The notes under the pieces: model-generated
Databases searched by the model: none
Told to the model about the DNA's origin: nothing
Seen by the model: only the letters and a program-made list of their open reading frames with translations
Assembly (NCBI GenBank): GCA_038087875.1
Contig: JAXLNO010000470.1
Span: forward strand, 62,001-126,000
DNA: 64,000 nt
Source of the DNA: Malacoraja senta
Taxonomy: Eukaryota
Direction: 5' to 3'
Position numbers and translations under genes: made by a program
Shown here: piece after piece, positions 37,778 to 50,276 of the stretch
Numbering within the stretch: position 1 is the stretch's first letter
How the letters are laid out: every line of letters starts with the position of its first letter

Positions 37778-39730
37778 ACACCCCACTGGTAACCATGGAG
37801 GTATGTGGGTCTGGTTCCTCCCAGGACATAACGGGTGCAATGGATACAATTGTTGGTGGTAGGTTACACTGGTTTAGTGAGGCATGGAGCTCAATAACCT
37901 CTGATTCTTATCTACTGCATAGTGTTCAAGGATATGAAATTGAATTCGAAAACAAACACCTTCCTCCGGTTCAGCATGCACCCATCAGATCATTTATTCT
38001 ATCACAACAAGAGAAGTTGGATGGTCATGCTGAAATTAAGAGGCTTTATACTAAGGGTGTAATTGAGAGATCTCAACATGAGTCTCGAGAATTTGAGTCA
38101 AACATTTTCACAAAAAAGAAATAAGATGGTGGATGTCGCATCATTATTGATTTGAGACAATTGAACACATTTGTGCAGTATACTCACTTCAAAATGGAAA
38201 CCTTTGTCACGGCCAAACAATTGATTTCCGAAGGCTACTTCATGGCATGCATCGATTTAAAAGATGCATAGTATTCGGTGCCTATACACAAGGATCACCG
38301 CCGATATCTGAAGTTTAACTGGATGGGGCAGCTTTGGCAGTACAAAGCACTACCTAATGGATTGACCTCAGCCCCCAGATTATTCACCAAATTACTGAAA
38401 CCAGCTCTGGCGGTTCTTCGGAAACAAAAACATATTGTCATGGCGTATTTAGATGACATACTAATCGTGGGTAAAACCTACGAATTAGCCAAATTAGCTG
38501 TTACAGCTACCATAGGTCTATTTGAGAAACTGGGGTTTATCATACATCCAGATAAATCAAAGTTAACACCATCCACGACTATGGACTATTTGGGATTCAC
38601 CATTAATTCAGTTCACATGACTGTGACTTTACCTAGGGGAAAGGCAACTGAATTAATGGAAGTTTGCAGCAACCTTGCTGTCACCAGTCAACCATCTATC
38701 AGACAAGTAGCAAGGGTAATTGGCAAAATCGTAGCTGCTTTTCCAGCGACACACTTTGGACCTTTGCACTATCAAAATTTACAGAGAGCAAAGGTGCGAG
38801 CAGTTAAACATCATGCTGGTCATTTCGATAGACCAATGCAATTACCAACAAAAGCTATTTTGGAACTGCGATGGTGGACACATAACATTCGGCGTTCCTT
38901 CAGCTCCATTATTATTGGCAACCCGTCAGTTGTATTAGAAACTGATGCCAGCGCTCAAGGTTGGGGTGCCACCAACACCATCTCCAGTTGTGGGGGCAGA
39001 TGGGATGTGCATGAATCATCTTTGCTTTATACACTTGGTATAAATTATTTGGAAATGTTGGGAGCATTCTATGGTTTGAAGGTGTACTGTTCAAAAATGC
39101 ATCATTTGCATGTTCGCCTGCAAATAGATAATACCACTGTGGTGGCTTATATTAATCACATGGGTGGAATCAGATCGATATCATGTGATGATCTGGCCAA
39201 TTCAATCTGGCAATGGTGTATCAAGAGAAACATTTGGATATCTGCTATTTACCTACCAGGTAAACTTAATTCAGTGGCAGACACCAGGTCACGAAAATTT
39301 AATGACAACACTGAATGGATGTTGGACCCCAAAGTGTTTGCAGACATCATAGCAAGATATGGAACACCAGATATCGATCTATTTGCATCTAGGCTTAACC
39401 ACCAGTTGCCGACATATGTTGCGTGGGAACCAGACCCTGGGGCAGCAGCGATGGACGCATTTTCGCTGCACTGGGGAAATTTGTTTTTCTATGCATTTCC
39501 CCCCTTCTGCCTCATCAGTCGGGTCTTACGTAAAATACAACAAGACTCTGCGTCAGGTATTTTGGTAGTACCCGACTGGCCTACCCAGCCATGGTTCCCT
39601 GTGGTTCTCAACATGGTTTCAGAACCATGTATGGCCGTCACTAAAAGACCAGACTTGATGGTCCATCCAGTAACTGGCGAAAGTCATCCATGCCATGACA
39701 GGACTAATCTGTAAATTTGCAGAATTTGAA
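37774..39730 (+). pseudogene. DIRS pol (RT-RNaseH-MT), single frame with in-frame stops
   Basis: IDLKDA, LPNGLTSAPRLFTK, YLDD, TDAS, DLFAS, AFPPF; stops at 38122, 38269, 39712. Confidence 0.95.
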
Positions 39731-40700
39731 CAGGCCACTTCTGGATCTTGGACTGACGGACCGAACCATCAACATGATCACGGCGGCACAAAGAGAGTCT
39801 ATCAGAAAACAGTACCTGACTTACATCAGGAAATGGGAACGATATTGTTCCAGGAATAATGTTGAGTATAACTCAGCCACTGTAACTAATGTCCTGGAGT
39901 TCCTCGCTAACCTTCATTTCGATGAAAGGCTTAGCTACAGTGCCATCAACAGCGCCAGGAGTGCCCTATCGACCTATTTGTGGTGGGGATTCGACCACCA
40001 TTCACTGGGGTCTCACCCCTTGGTTTCCAAACTAATGAGGGGTATATTTAACTTGAATCCCCCTAGGGCCAGATACTCTCACATTTGGGATGTGAGTATT
40101 GTGTTGACGTTGCTTCGGGGTTGGTCACCAGCAACGTCCCTGTCCCTGGAGAAACTTACCCTTCAATTGGTAATGCTGATGGCACTGGTCTCGGCCCAGC
40201 GGGTGCAATCTTTACACAAATTACGACTGGACTCGATCGCCAAAGGGACAAATGGTATAACATTTTATATTCATGAACTGGTAAAACAAAACAGACCAGG
40301 GTCATCAGGCCTTAAATTAGAGTTTCGGGCATACCCTACAGATGTTCGCTTATGCGTTATGACACATCTGTTACTTTACATTGAACTAACAGCTAAAGTA
40401 AGAGGCCAAGAATTGGCACTATTAGTGAGCCACAAAAGACCTCACAACAGGGTATCGACCCAAACTATATCTAGATGGCTTCGACAGGTTTTGGGGGCTG
40501 CAGGGGTGGATACTGATATTTTTAAATCTCATTCCACCAGGGCTGCAGCAACATCGGCAGCACGGCACATGGAGGTTCCAATGGATCACATCTTGGGTAC
40601 GGCAGGATGGTCCAGGGAGAAGACCTTCCAAGAATTTTATAATAAGCCAGTTGCCCAGCCTGTGACTTTTGCAGAGACTATTTTGAGTTCTGTTTTATAA
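39717..40700 (+). CDS. DIRS tyrosine recombinase, apparently intact
   Basis: SAINSARSALS, SAQRVQ (R), HSTR, AGW, FQEFY (Y). Confidence 0.93.
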   Translation: MQNLNRPLLDLGLTDRTINMITAAQRESIRKQYLTYIRKWERYCSRNNVEYNSATVTNVLEFLANLHFDERLSYSAINSARSALSTYLWWGFDHHSLGSHPLVSKLMRGIFNLNPPRARYSHIWDVSIVLTLLRGWSPATSLSLEKLTLQLVMLMALVSAQRVQSLHKLRLDSIAKGTNGITFYIHELVKQNRPGSSGLKLEFRAYPTDVRLCVMTHLLLYIELTAKVRGQELALLVSHKRPHNRVSTQTISRWLRQVLGAAGVDTDIFKSHSTRAAATSAARHMEVPMDHILGTAGWSREKTFQEFYNKPVAQPVTFAETILSSVL

Positions 40701-41235
40701 CACGCCCCGAAGGACAGGGGTCATTATTATAATTTGTGTTAATAAATCACTTATTGTTTCTTTTTAACAATTGATTCATGTCTGGATTTGTTAACATACT
40801 TCCTCCTCAGTCTATGACAGCAGGGTGTGAAGCATGGACTCGTTCCGTGGCATGAAATCGCAGAGCTTTAAAATCTTCACGTAGTCACTCACGTGACTCC
40901 GAAGTAAAATAGTAAGATTAAACGAGAACTTACCAGTTTGAAGTTTGATCTTTATTTTATGAGGAGTTACGTTGAGGGATTACGTGCCCTCCACGCCCAC
41001 CCTCTATTATAAAGGTCAGCTGGTATTTTTGTTCTTATCTTACTGTGTTAATTCGACTACTGTATCTGTGATTTCACACCACTGCTTTGAAGATGTGTCG
41101 CGCATGCGCCCTGGCGGGCTCTTCACGTAATCCCTCAACGTAACCCCTCATAAAATAAAGATCAAACTTCAAACTGGTAAGTTCTCATTTAATCTTACAA
41201 TTATAAATCCCATAGAATACAAAGAACACATTTGA

Positions 41236-41844
41236 GACTTCCGGTGGCGCCATGTTAGATTAACAGACGTGCACCTAGCTCCGCTCTCGAAAAATTTTGC
41301 GATTTTTCGCGTTAAAACGGGTCCATAAGTCGGAATTGGATTAAAAACCTTACCGGAGCTTCTGGTCGCCGGGCTGATGGCGTCATCAGTAAGCGCGATG
41401 TTTTAAACGGTGGCTTAAAGACTTTAAATGAGTAAACTGTCTCCAGCTAAGAGCCCTCAGAGAACAGTTAAAAAACTGCTGAAAAAACTGAAGAATCCTG
41501 AAGGAGAAGCTACCTCTGAAGTTTCTGAAGTGGCTGCAGAAATGGATACAAGATCTAAGACAGAGCTGACTAAGGATAAAGAACTTGAGGATTTGAAGAA
41601 ATCAGTGAAGGATATGAAAGATGAAATTATGGATGAAAATAAAACTCTGATGGGACAAATGATGGAAAAAATCGAAAAGATGATGCAGGATTCGAATGCT
41701 GGAAATCAGAAGGTGGCTGATTCACTGGATATTATAAATAAACGAATTGATGATGTGAAAGATGGACTCGGGGAGAATGGATAAGATGGAAAAAATTACT
41801 ACGGACAGGTTCACGGCTGTGCTTGAAACAGTAGCTGCAAGTAT
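41236..41844 (+). mobile_element. L1 copy E, 5' UTR and ORF1 N-terminus only
   Basis: Matches 21564-22220; ORF 41428-41784. Confidence 0.92.
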
Positions 41845-42592
41845 GAGTGGGCAAATGTTTGGCAGATGCAGTATAATGTGGATAAATGTGAGGTTATCCA
41901 CTTTGGTGGCAAAAACAGGAAAGCAGACTATTATCTAAATGGTGGCCGATTAGGAAAAGGGGAGATGCAGCGAGACCTGGGTGTCATGGTACACCAGTCA
42001 TTGAAAGTAGGCATGCAGGTGCAGCAGGCAGTGAAGAAAGCGAATGGTATGTTAGCTTTCATAGCAAAAGGATTTGAGTATAGGAGCAGGGAGGTTCTAC
42101 TGCAGTTGTACAGGGTCTTGGTGAGACCACACCTGGAGTATTGCGTACAGTTTTGGTCTCCAAATCTGAGGAAGGACATTATAGCCATAGAGGGAGTGCA
42201 GAGAAGGTTCACCAGACTGATTCCTGGGATGTCAGGACTTTCATATGAAGAAAGACTGGATAGACTTGGCTTATACTCGCTGGAATTTAGGAGATTGAGA
42301 GGGCATCTTATAGAAATGTACAAAATTCTTATGGGGTTGGACAGGCTAGATGCAGGAAGATTGTTCCCGATGTTGGGGAAGTCCAGGACAAGGGGTCACA
42401 GCTTAAGGATAAGGGGGAGATCCTTTAAGACCGAGATGAGGAAAAACTTTTTCACACAGAGAGTGGTGAATCTCTGGAACTCTCTGCCACAGAGGGTAGT
42501 TGAGGCCAGTTCATTGGCTATATTTAAGAGGGAGTTAGATGTGGCCCTTGTGGCTAAAGGGATCAGGGGGTATGGAGAGAAGGCAGGTACGG
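41845..42592 (+). mobile_element. CR1 RT C-terminal fragment
   Basis: Near-identical to 45663-46412; LVRPHLEYCVQFWSP. Confidence 0.92.
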
Positions 42593-45500
42593 GAGACAGA
42601 CAAGTGGGTCACAGTTAGGAGGGGCAAGGGGCAGAGGCAGGGACTAGGGAGTACCCCGGTGGCTGTATACCTTGACAATAAGTATTCCTGTTTGAGTACT
42701 GTTGGGGGGGACAGCCTACCTGGGGGTAGCGACAGCGGCCGGGCCTCCGGTACAGAGACCGGCCCTGTTGCTCAGAGGGGTAAGGAAAAGAAGAGGAGGG
42801 CAGTAGTAATAGGGGACTCTATAGTTAGGGGGTCAGACAGGCGAGTCTGTGGACGCAGTCGGGAGACCCGGATGGTAGTTTGCCTCCCTGGTGCCAGGGT
42901 CTGGGATGTGTCTGAACATGTCCAAGATATCCTGAAATGGGAGGGAGAAGAGCCCGAGGTCGTGGTACATATAGGTACCAATGACATAGGTAGAAAAAGG
43001 GAAGAGGTCCTGAAAGGAGAATTTAGGGAGTTAGGAAGAGAGTTAAGGAAAAGGACCGCAAAGATAACAATCTCGGGATTACTGCCTGTGCCACGCGACA
43101 GTGAGAGTAGGAATGGAGCGAGGTGGAGGATAAATGCGTGGCTGAAGGACTGGTGCAGTGGGTAGGGATTCCAGTTTCTGGATCATTGGAACCTCTTTTG
43201 GGGAAGGTGTGACCTGTATAAAAAGGACGGGTTGCACTTGAACCCGAGGGGGACCAATATCCTGGCGGGGAGATTTGCAAAGGCTACTGGGGAGACTTTA
43301 AACTAGAACGGTTGGGGGGAGGGACTCAAATAAAGAAAGCTAGTAGACAGTGTGTGAGGCAGGAGGCAGAGAAGGGAAGCACTCAGACCCAACATGTACG
43401 GGGGAAAGAAGAAAAAGATAATAAACAGAGAATAAGAGGTGGTGGGGTTCTTAAATGTGTGAGCAGAGAGACAGAGGGGTGTAAAATGAGGGTAGAAGCA
43501 ATAGGTAGCAAGGTGAAAAGTAAACGTGGTAGGCAGACAAATCCAGGGCAAAAATCAAAAAGGGCCATTTTTCAACATAATTGTATAAGGGGTAAGAGTG
43601 TTGTAAAAAACAAGCCTGATGGCTTTGTGTCTCAATGCAAGGAGCATTCGTAATAAGATGGATGAGTTGAATGTGCAGATAGCTATTAATGATTATGATA
43701 TAGTTGGGATCACAGAGACATGGCTCCAGGGTGACCAAGGCTGGGAGCTGAACATCCAGGGATATTCAATATTCAGGAGGGATAGACAGAAAGGAAAAGG
43801 AGGTGGGGTAGGTTGCTGGTTAGAGAGGAGATTAACGCAATAGAAAGGAAGGACATTAGCTTGGAGGATGTGGAATCGATATGGGTAGAGCTGCGAAACA
43901 CTAAGGGGCAGAAAACGCTAGTGGGAGTTGTGTACAGGCCACCTAACAGTAGTAGTGGAGTTGGGGATGGCATCAAACAGGAAATTAGAAATGCGTGCAA
44001 CAAAGGTAAAACAGTTATAATGGGTGATTTCAATCTACATATAGATTGGGTGAATCAAATTGGCAGGGTGCTGAGGAAGAGGATTTCTTGGAATGTATGC
44101 GGGATAGTTTTCTAAACCAACATGTAGAGGAACCAACGAGAGAGCAGGCTATTCTAGACTGGGTATTGAGTTATGAGGAAGGGTTAGTTAGCAGTCTTGT
44201 TGTGCGTGGCCCCTTGGGCAAGAGTGACCATAATATGGTTGAGTTCTTCCTTAGGATGGAGAGTGACATAATTAATTCAGAAATAAGGGTTCTGAACTTA
44301 AAGAAAGGTAACTTTGAGGGTATGAGACGTGAATTGGCCAAGATAGACTGGCAATTGATTCTTAAAGGGTTGCCGGTGGATGTGCAATGGAAGGCATTTA
44401 AAGACTGCATGGATGAACTACAACAATTGTTCATCCCAGTTTGGCAAAAGAATAAATCAGGGAAGGTAGTGCATCTGTGGATAACAAGGGAAATCAGGGA
44501 TAGTATCAAAACAAAAGATGAAGCATACAAATTAGCCAGAAAAAGCAGCCTACCAGAGGACTGGGAGAAATTCAGAGTCCAGCAGAGGAGGACAAAGGGC
44601 TTAATTAGGAAAGGGAAAATAGATTATGAAAGAAAACTGGCAGGGAACATAAAAACTGACTGCAAAAGTTGTTATAGATATGTGAAGAGAAAAAGATTTG
44701 TTAAAACAAATGTAGATCCCTTGCAGTCAGAAACAGGTGAATTAATCATCGGGAACAAGGACATGGCAGACCACTTGAATAACTACTTTGGTTCTGTTTT
44801 CACTGAGGAAGACATAAATAATCTGCCGGAAATAGCAGGGGACCGGGGGTCAAATGTGATGGAGGAACTGAGTGAAATCCCGGTTAGCCGGGAAGTGGTG
44901 TTAGGTAAATTGAATGGATTAAAGGCCGATAAATCCCCAGGGCCAGATAGGCTGCATCCCAGAGTACTTAAGGAAGTAGCCCCAGAAATAGTGGATGCAT
45001 TTGTGATAATTTTTCAAAACTCTTTAGATTTGGAGTAGTTCCTGAGGATTGGAGGGTAGCTAATGTAACCCCACTTTTTAAAAAGGGAGGGAGAGAAAAC
45101 GGGGAATTACAGACCAGTTAGTCTAACATCGGTAGTGGGGAAACTGCTAGAGTCAGTTATTAAAGATGGGATAGCAGCACATTTGAAAAGTGGTGAAATC
45201 ATTGGACAAAGTCAGCATGGATTTATGAAAGGTAAATCATGTCTGACGAATCTTATAGAATTTTTCGAGGATGTAACTAGTAGAGTGGATAGGGGAGAAC
45301 CAGTGGATGTGTTGTATCTGGACTTTCAGAAGGCTTTCGACAAGGTCCCACATAAGAGATTAGCATACAAACTTATAGCACACGGTATTGGGGGTTCAGT
45401 ATTGATGTGGATAGAGAACTGGCTGGCAGACAGGAAGCAAAGAGTAGGAGTAAACGGGTCCTTTTCAGAATGGCAGGTAGTGACTAGTGGGGTACCGCAA

Positions 45501-46508
45501 GGCTCAGTGCTGGGACCCCAGCTATTTACAATATATATTACTGATTTGGACGAGGGAATTGAATGCAACATCTCCAAGTTTGCGGATGACATGAAGCTGG
45601 GGGGCAGTTTTAGCTGAGAGGAGGATGCTAGGAGGCTGCAAGGTGATTTGGATAGGCTGGGTGAGTGGGCAAATGCATGGCAGATGCAGTATAATGTGGA
45701 TAAATGTGAGGTTATCCACTTTGGTGGCAAAAACAGGAAAGTAGACTATTATCTGAATGGTGGCCGATTAGGAAAAGGGGAGATGCAACGAGACCTGGGT
45801 GTCATGGTACACCAGTCATTGAAAGTAGGCTTGCAGGTGCAGCAGGCAGTGAAGAAAGCGAATGGTATGCTAGCATCCATAGCAAAAGGATTTGAGTATA
45901 AGAGCAGGGAGGGTCTACTGCAGTTGTACAGGGTCTTGGTGAGACCACACCTGGAGTATTGCGTACAGTTTTGGTCTCCAAATCTGAGGAAAGACATTCT
46001 TGCCATAGAGGGAGTACAGAGAAGGTTCACCAGACTGATTCCTGGGATGTCAGGACTTTCATATGAAGAAAGACTGGATAGACTCGGCTTGTACTCGCCA
46101 GAATTTAGAAGATTGAGGGGGGATCTTATAGAAACGTACAAAATTCTTAAGGGGTTGGACAGGCTAGATGCAGGAAGATTGTTCCCGATGTTGGGGAAGT
46201 CCAGAACAAGGGGTCACAGTTTAAGGATAAGGGGGAAATCTTTTAGGACCGAGATGAGAAAAACATTTTTCACATAGAGAGTGGTGAATCTGTGGAATTC
46301 TCTGCCACAGAAGGTAGTTGAGGCCAGTTCATTGGCTATATTTAAGAGGGAGTTAGATGTGGCCCTTGTGGCTAAAGGGATCAGGGGGTATGGAGAGACG
46401 GCAGGTACAGGATACTGAGTTGGATAATCAGCCATGATCATATTGAAGGGCTCGAAGGGCCGAATCGCCTACTGCTGCACCTATTTTCAATGTTTCTATG
46501 TTTCTATG
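42590..46508 (+). mobile_element. CR1 element (ORF1 esterase part, disrupted ORF2, 3' UTR)
   Basis: [48 protein letters not shown]; (tttctatg)n tail. Confidence 0.95.
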
Positions 46509-47441
46509 AATGGGAGAAATTACCCAAATACAGGTGTGCCAAGCTTGTAGCGTCATACCCAAGAAGACTTGAGGCTGTAATCGCTGCCAAAAGGGCCTCA
46601 ACAAAGTACTGAGTAAAGAGTCTGAATACTTATGTAAACGTGATATTTCAGTTATTTCTTTTTAATTACTTTGCAAAAATTTCTAAACACCTATTTTCGC
46701 TTTTTTATTATGGGGTATTGTGTGTAGATTGATGATAAAAAAAAAGAATTTAATCCATCTTAGAATAAGGCTGTAACGTAACAAAATGTGGAAAAAGTGA
46801 AGGGGTCTGAATACTTTCTGAGTGCACTTGTCAAGCTTGAAAGGGTACAGAAAAGATTTACGAGGATGTTGCCAGGACTAGAGTGTGTGAGCTACAGGGA
46901 GAGGTTGAACAGGCTGGGTCTCTATTCCATGGAGCGCAGGAGGATGAGGGGTGATCTTACAGAGGTGTACAAAATCATGAGAGGAATAGATCGGGTAGAT
47001 GCACAGAGTCTTTTACCCAGAGTAGGGGAATCGAGGACCAGAGGACATAGGTTCATGGTGAAGGGGAAAAGATTTAATAGGAATCCAAGGAGTAACTTTT
47101 TCACACAGAGGGTGGTGGGTGTATGGAACAAGCTGCTGGAGGAGGTAGTTGAGGCTGGGATTATCCCATCGTTTAAGAAACACTTGGACAGGTACATGGA
47201 TAGGACAGGTTTGGAGGGTTATGGACCAAGCGCAGGCAGGTGGGACTAGTGTAGCTGGGACATTGTTGGCCGGTGTGGGAGAGTTGGGCCGAAGGGCCTG
47301 TTTCCACACTGTATGACTCTTATGACTCTGAACACCTCCGGGCGAGTCTCCCGGCAGCCGATGACCCCACGCTCACCCTGAGCCGACCCAAAGGGAGACC
47401 GTTCACCCCGGAGTCCAAAAGGGGTCCGGGAAGGTCCAAAG
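46508..47441 (+). repeat. Duplicate of 12159-13059 (Tc1 3' end 46508-46828, CR1 46829-47329, Tx1-associated sequence)
   Basis: Same two element junctions in both copies. Confidence 0.92.
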
Positions 47442-48460
47442 GACATCTGGGGAGGTCCAACGGGGACCTGGGGGAGGCTGAACAAGGAGCTGGACAACAG
47501 GAAGCTGGTAGTGTGGAGGCGGTGGACACTTCCTGTACACTTCCTGCTACGGTTGTCACGGGAACGGCGCACATCAGTGGGACGAAGAGAAGGCGCGGGC
47601 CCTCGGAAGAAGAGAACGGCCCTGGGGCCAAAGTCCAGGGGCCAACCCGATTCGGGGCCTTCAACCTCTGCTGGGGCTGGGGGCCCAGGACTTGTGTCCT
47701 CTGGGACGGAGGATGTCCCCTCAGTTCAGGGTGACCTGGGACTGATTTTTTTTTGGGGGGGGGCTGCACCTTGCCTTCTAGCTGCACTTCACACCCACCT
47801 TCCTCATCTTTGGACACCCCCCTGTGCGTAGGGGAGAGGATGGTTTGCCAAGGATGTCCTGGTTGGGTTCGCTCCTGGGCCTGGCCAAGCTGGCCATCCT
47901 CGAGTCACGGCGCCAGGCGGAAGAGGGCTCTGCCCGAGCCGGCTGCCTGCCCCTTTTTCCGGGGTTACGCGCACGCCCGGGTGCCGTTAGAGAGGGACTA
48001 CGCGCTGTCTACGGGAACCCTGGGGGAATTCCGGGACCGCTGGGCACCGCGGGGGGGGGGGGGGGTGGTCGAATGCATCCTGGACAAGGATTGTAACATA
48101 GTTGTATAATAGTGTGGCGGCACCTGGTGGTCGCCCACTGGCAGTGCGAACCCTCGGCTCTGGAGGGAGGAGTTAGGTGTCTCGGTGTGGGAGGCGCAGG
48201 TCACGGGGTTGACCCTTAGGGGTATTTAAGGTCGGGCAACGCCCGTGCCCATTTGAGGAGCAGGGAGCTGTATCTTACCGATTAAAACACTTCTGAACTT
48301 GTGTCCGCTTAGTTTTTAGCTGGACTCCTGCGAGTCCCCGCTATAATAGTTCATTTCGTATATTTGTGTGTCTTTGATTATGGTGGTGGGTTCTCTTTTA
48401 TTTTATTGTAATGTAAATATTATTTTTAATAATTGAATATATTTTTTGAATTTTTTTTTT
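47330..48460 (+). mobile_element. Tx1-clade non-LTR element remnant (ORF2 C-terminus from about 47775, 3' UTR)
   Basis: LHFTPTFLIFGHP, LLGLAKLAILESRR, ARVPLERDY, FRDRWAP..VECIL. Confidence 0.7.
48113..48345 (+). mobile_element. Solo LTR, CsRN1-type
   Basis: tgtggcgg...ccgctata; 4 bp TSD ATAG; tatttaa and attaaa. Confidence 0.85.
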
Positions 48461-48469
48461 TTAAAAGGT

Positions 48470-48970
48470 ACTAATTTTTCAGTGGTAGAGGAAAAGCTGA
48501 CCGATGCTCTCAATCAATTCGCAACATATAATGAGGGGAACCACCTCCGTGCTAACCCACCTGAGACACAGGTGTGTGGCTTTGCTTGAGAAACCGAGAA
48601 GCCAAGAGACAACTTCAGGTGAACTGGTCTGGAACAACATCGGAGCACCGGGTAACCCTTGAACGATGTCTCGCCTTCAAGACCCATATCGAGAAGACAA
48701 AGGCAAAAGTGAGCGCACGCAACAGTGTTGTTAGTAAGCTCGCCAACACAAGATGGGGTGCTAGCCCACAGATCCGACGCTCCACTGCCCTAGACCTCTG
48801 CTATTCTGCTGCTGAGTATGCGTCCCCAGTATGGGACAGATCCACACATCCCAAGAAGCTGGACCCAGCCCTCAATGCCTCCTGCAGACTTGTCGCACGT
48901 TAGTCTCGAGCCAACAAGTACTGACCGCCTCTACATCCTGGCAGGCAGAGCCCCGCCAAACGTCAGAAGA
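48470..48970 (+). mobile_element. Vingi/Ingi-like LINE RT C-terminal fragment
   Basis: HLRANP, LRNREAKRQL, KVSARN, WGA, LCYSAAEYASPVW, LAGRAPPNVRR. Confidence 0.75.
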
Positions 48971-49290
48971 GCACAGAAGGTGCGGCCCGGGCTGTCGCCG
49001 AGGGAGGAAGGACGGAGCCGCGGCTCGAGAGGCGAACAGAGGCTAAGAGGTTTGCCACGCACTGCAAGGGAGCAGTGGACCAGACAGGAAGAGCGGACGG
49101 AATTACTACTAGACAGCCAAACCAGTAGGTAATTTACAGCTGGGGTGAGTACTTTCCCATTTATAGGAGGTAGGATTATATAAATAAGGGGTGTATCAAT
49201 AGGAGGTAGGATTATATAAATAAGGGGTGTATCAATATAGTAATCCGGGTAGGGGATTCTTAAATAGGACCAGTTATTTACTTATATAAG

Positions 49291-50253
49291 ATGGGCGGCC
49301 AGGAGATGTGCCAATACTGTGAGATGTGGGAATTTGTCGACACCATTGATGTAGATGGTGTAGATGATCCCTACAGCTGCAGTAAGTGTTTGAGGCTAGC
49401 GGAACTCGAGCTCCGCATTGAGGAGCTGGAGACCCAACTTCATACGCTGCGGTACATCAGGGAGGGGGAGTATTACCTGGATGTTTTGTGCCAGGGGATG
49501 GTCACACCGACCAGTTTAACTAATTCAGTAGTGAGTGAGCAAGGAAAGGAAGGTGTGGCCATAAGCGAGGCAGGTAGGGGGAACCAGGAGGAGATGCGGC
49601 AGGAGCCACAACCCTTGTTCCTGATGAGCATGATCGAGGCTCTTACTCAATGTGAGGACGGGATCAGGGGCTGTGGGAGGGATGAGCAACCTGGCTGCAG
49701 CACCGTGGATCAGGGGGACATTCAAGAGGGGGGAGTTAGAAGAAATGCCGTTGTGATAGGGGATAGTATTATTCGGGGGGTAGATAAGGTTCTCTGCGGC
49801 CAGCAGAACATGTCCCGAAGGCTGTGTTGCCTACCCGGTGCTAGGGTTAAGGATATCTCTGCGATGCTGGAGAGAAATTTGCAGAGGGAGGGGGAGGATC
49901 CAGTGGTCGTGGTCCATGTGGGGACCAATGACATAGGAAGGACGAGGAAGGAGGATCTGCTGAAGGAGTTTGAGCAGTTAGGGAATAAATTAAAAAGCAG
50001 AACCTCGAGGGTACTGATCTCCGGATTGCTACCTGAGCCACGGGCCAAATCGGCGAGAGTACGTAAAATTAAAAAGCTGAATGCGTGGCTCAAAGACTGG
50101 TGTGGGAAAAATGGGTTTGGTTTCTTGGGCCACTGGCACCAGTACTGGGACAGGGGGGATCTGTTCTGTAAGGACGGACTTCACCTGAACGGTGCTGGGA
50201 CTGGGGTCCTGGCAAATCATATAACTAGGGCAGTAGAGAGGTCTTTAAACTAA
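49291..50253 (+). CDS. CR1 ORF1p: zinc finger/leucine zipper plus SGNH esterase
   Basis: CQYC..CSKC, LELRIEELETQLHTL, GDS, GTND, DGLH. Confidence 0.93.
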   Translation: MGGQEMCQYCEMWEFVDTIDVDGVDDPYSCSKCLRLAELELRIEELETQLHTLRYIREGEYYLDVLCQGMVTPTSLTNSVVSEQGKEGVAISEAGRGNQEEMRQEPQPLFLMSMIEALTQCEDGIRGCGRDEQPGCSTVDQGDIQEGGVRRNAVVIGDSIIRGVDKVLCGQQNMSRRLCCLPGARVKDISAMLERNLQREGEDPVVVVHVGTNDIGRTRKEDLLKEFEQLGNKLKSRTSRVLISGLLPEPRAKSARVRKIKKLNAWLKDWCGKNGFGFLGHWHQYWDRGDLFCKDGLHLNGAGTGVLANHITRAVERSLN

Positions 50254-50276
50254 GTAGCGGGGGGGAGGTATCAAGG

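Larger units (their letters stand above)
36384..41202 (+). mobile_element. Full-length DIRS copy C (diverged subfamily)
   Basis: ATT at both ends; ITRs near 36411-36448 and 41092-41129; ICR 40874-40986; flanks rejoin as L1 ORF2. Confidence 0.97.
13700..41235 (+). mobile_element. L1 copy B backbone in pieces (13700-16422, 20095-20336, and probably 34367-34792, 35729-36386, 41200-41235)
   Basis: Pieces are colinear with full-length L1 D and rejoin across TSDs; the link across 20336-34367 is inferred. Confidence 0.7.

Noticed and set aside
39717..40700. Tyrosine recombinase as phage integrase or bacterial contamination
   Set aside because: It follows RT-RNaseH within DIRS termini and is flanked by vertebrate L1 sequence.
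49163..49237. Short tandem duplication in the CR1 5' UTR
   Set aside because: Simple local duplication of about 36 bp with no evidence of function.
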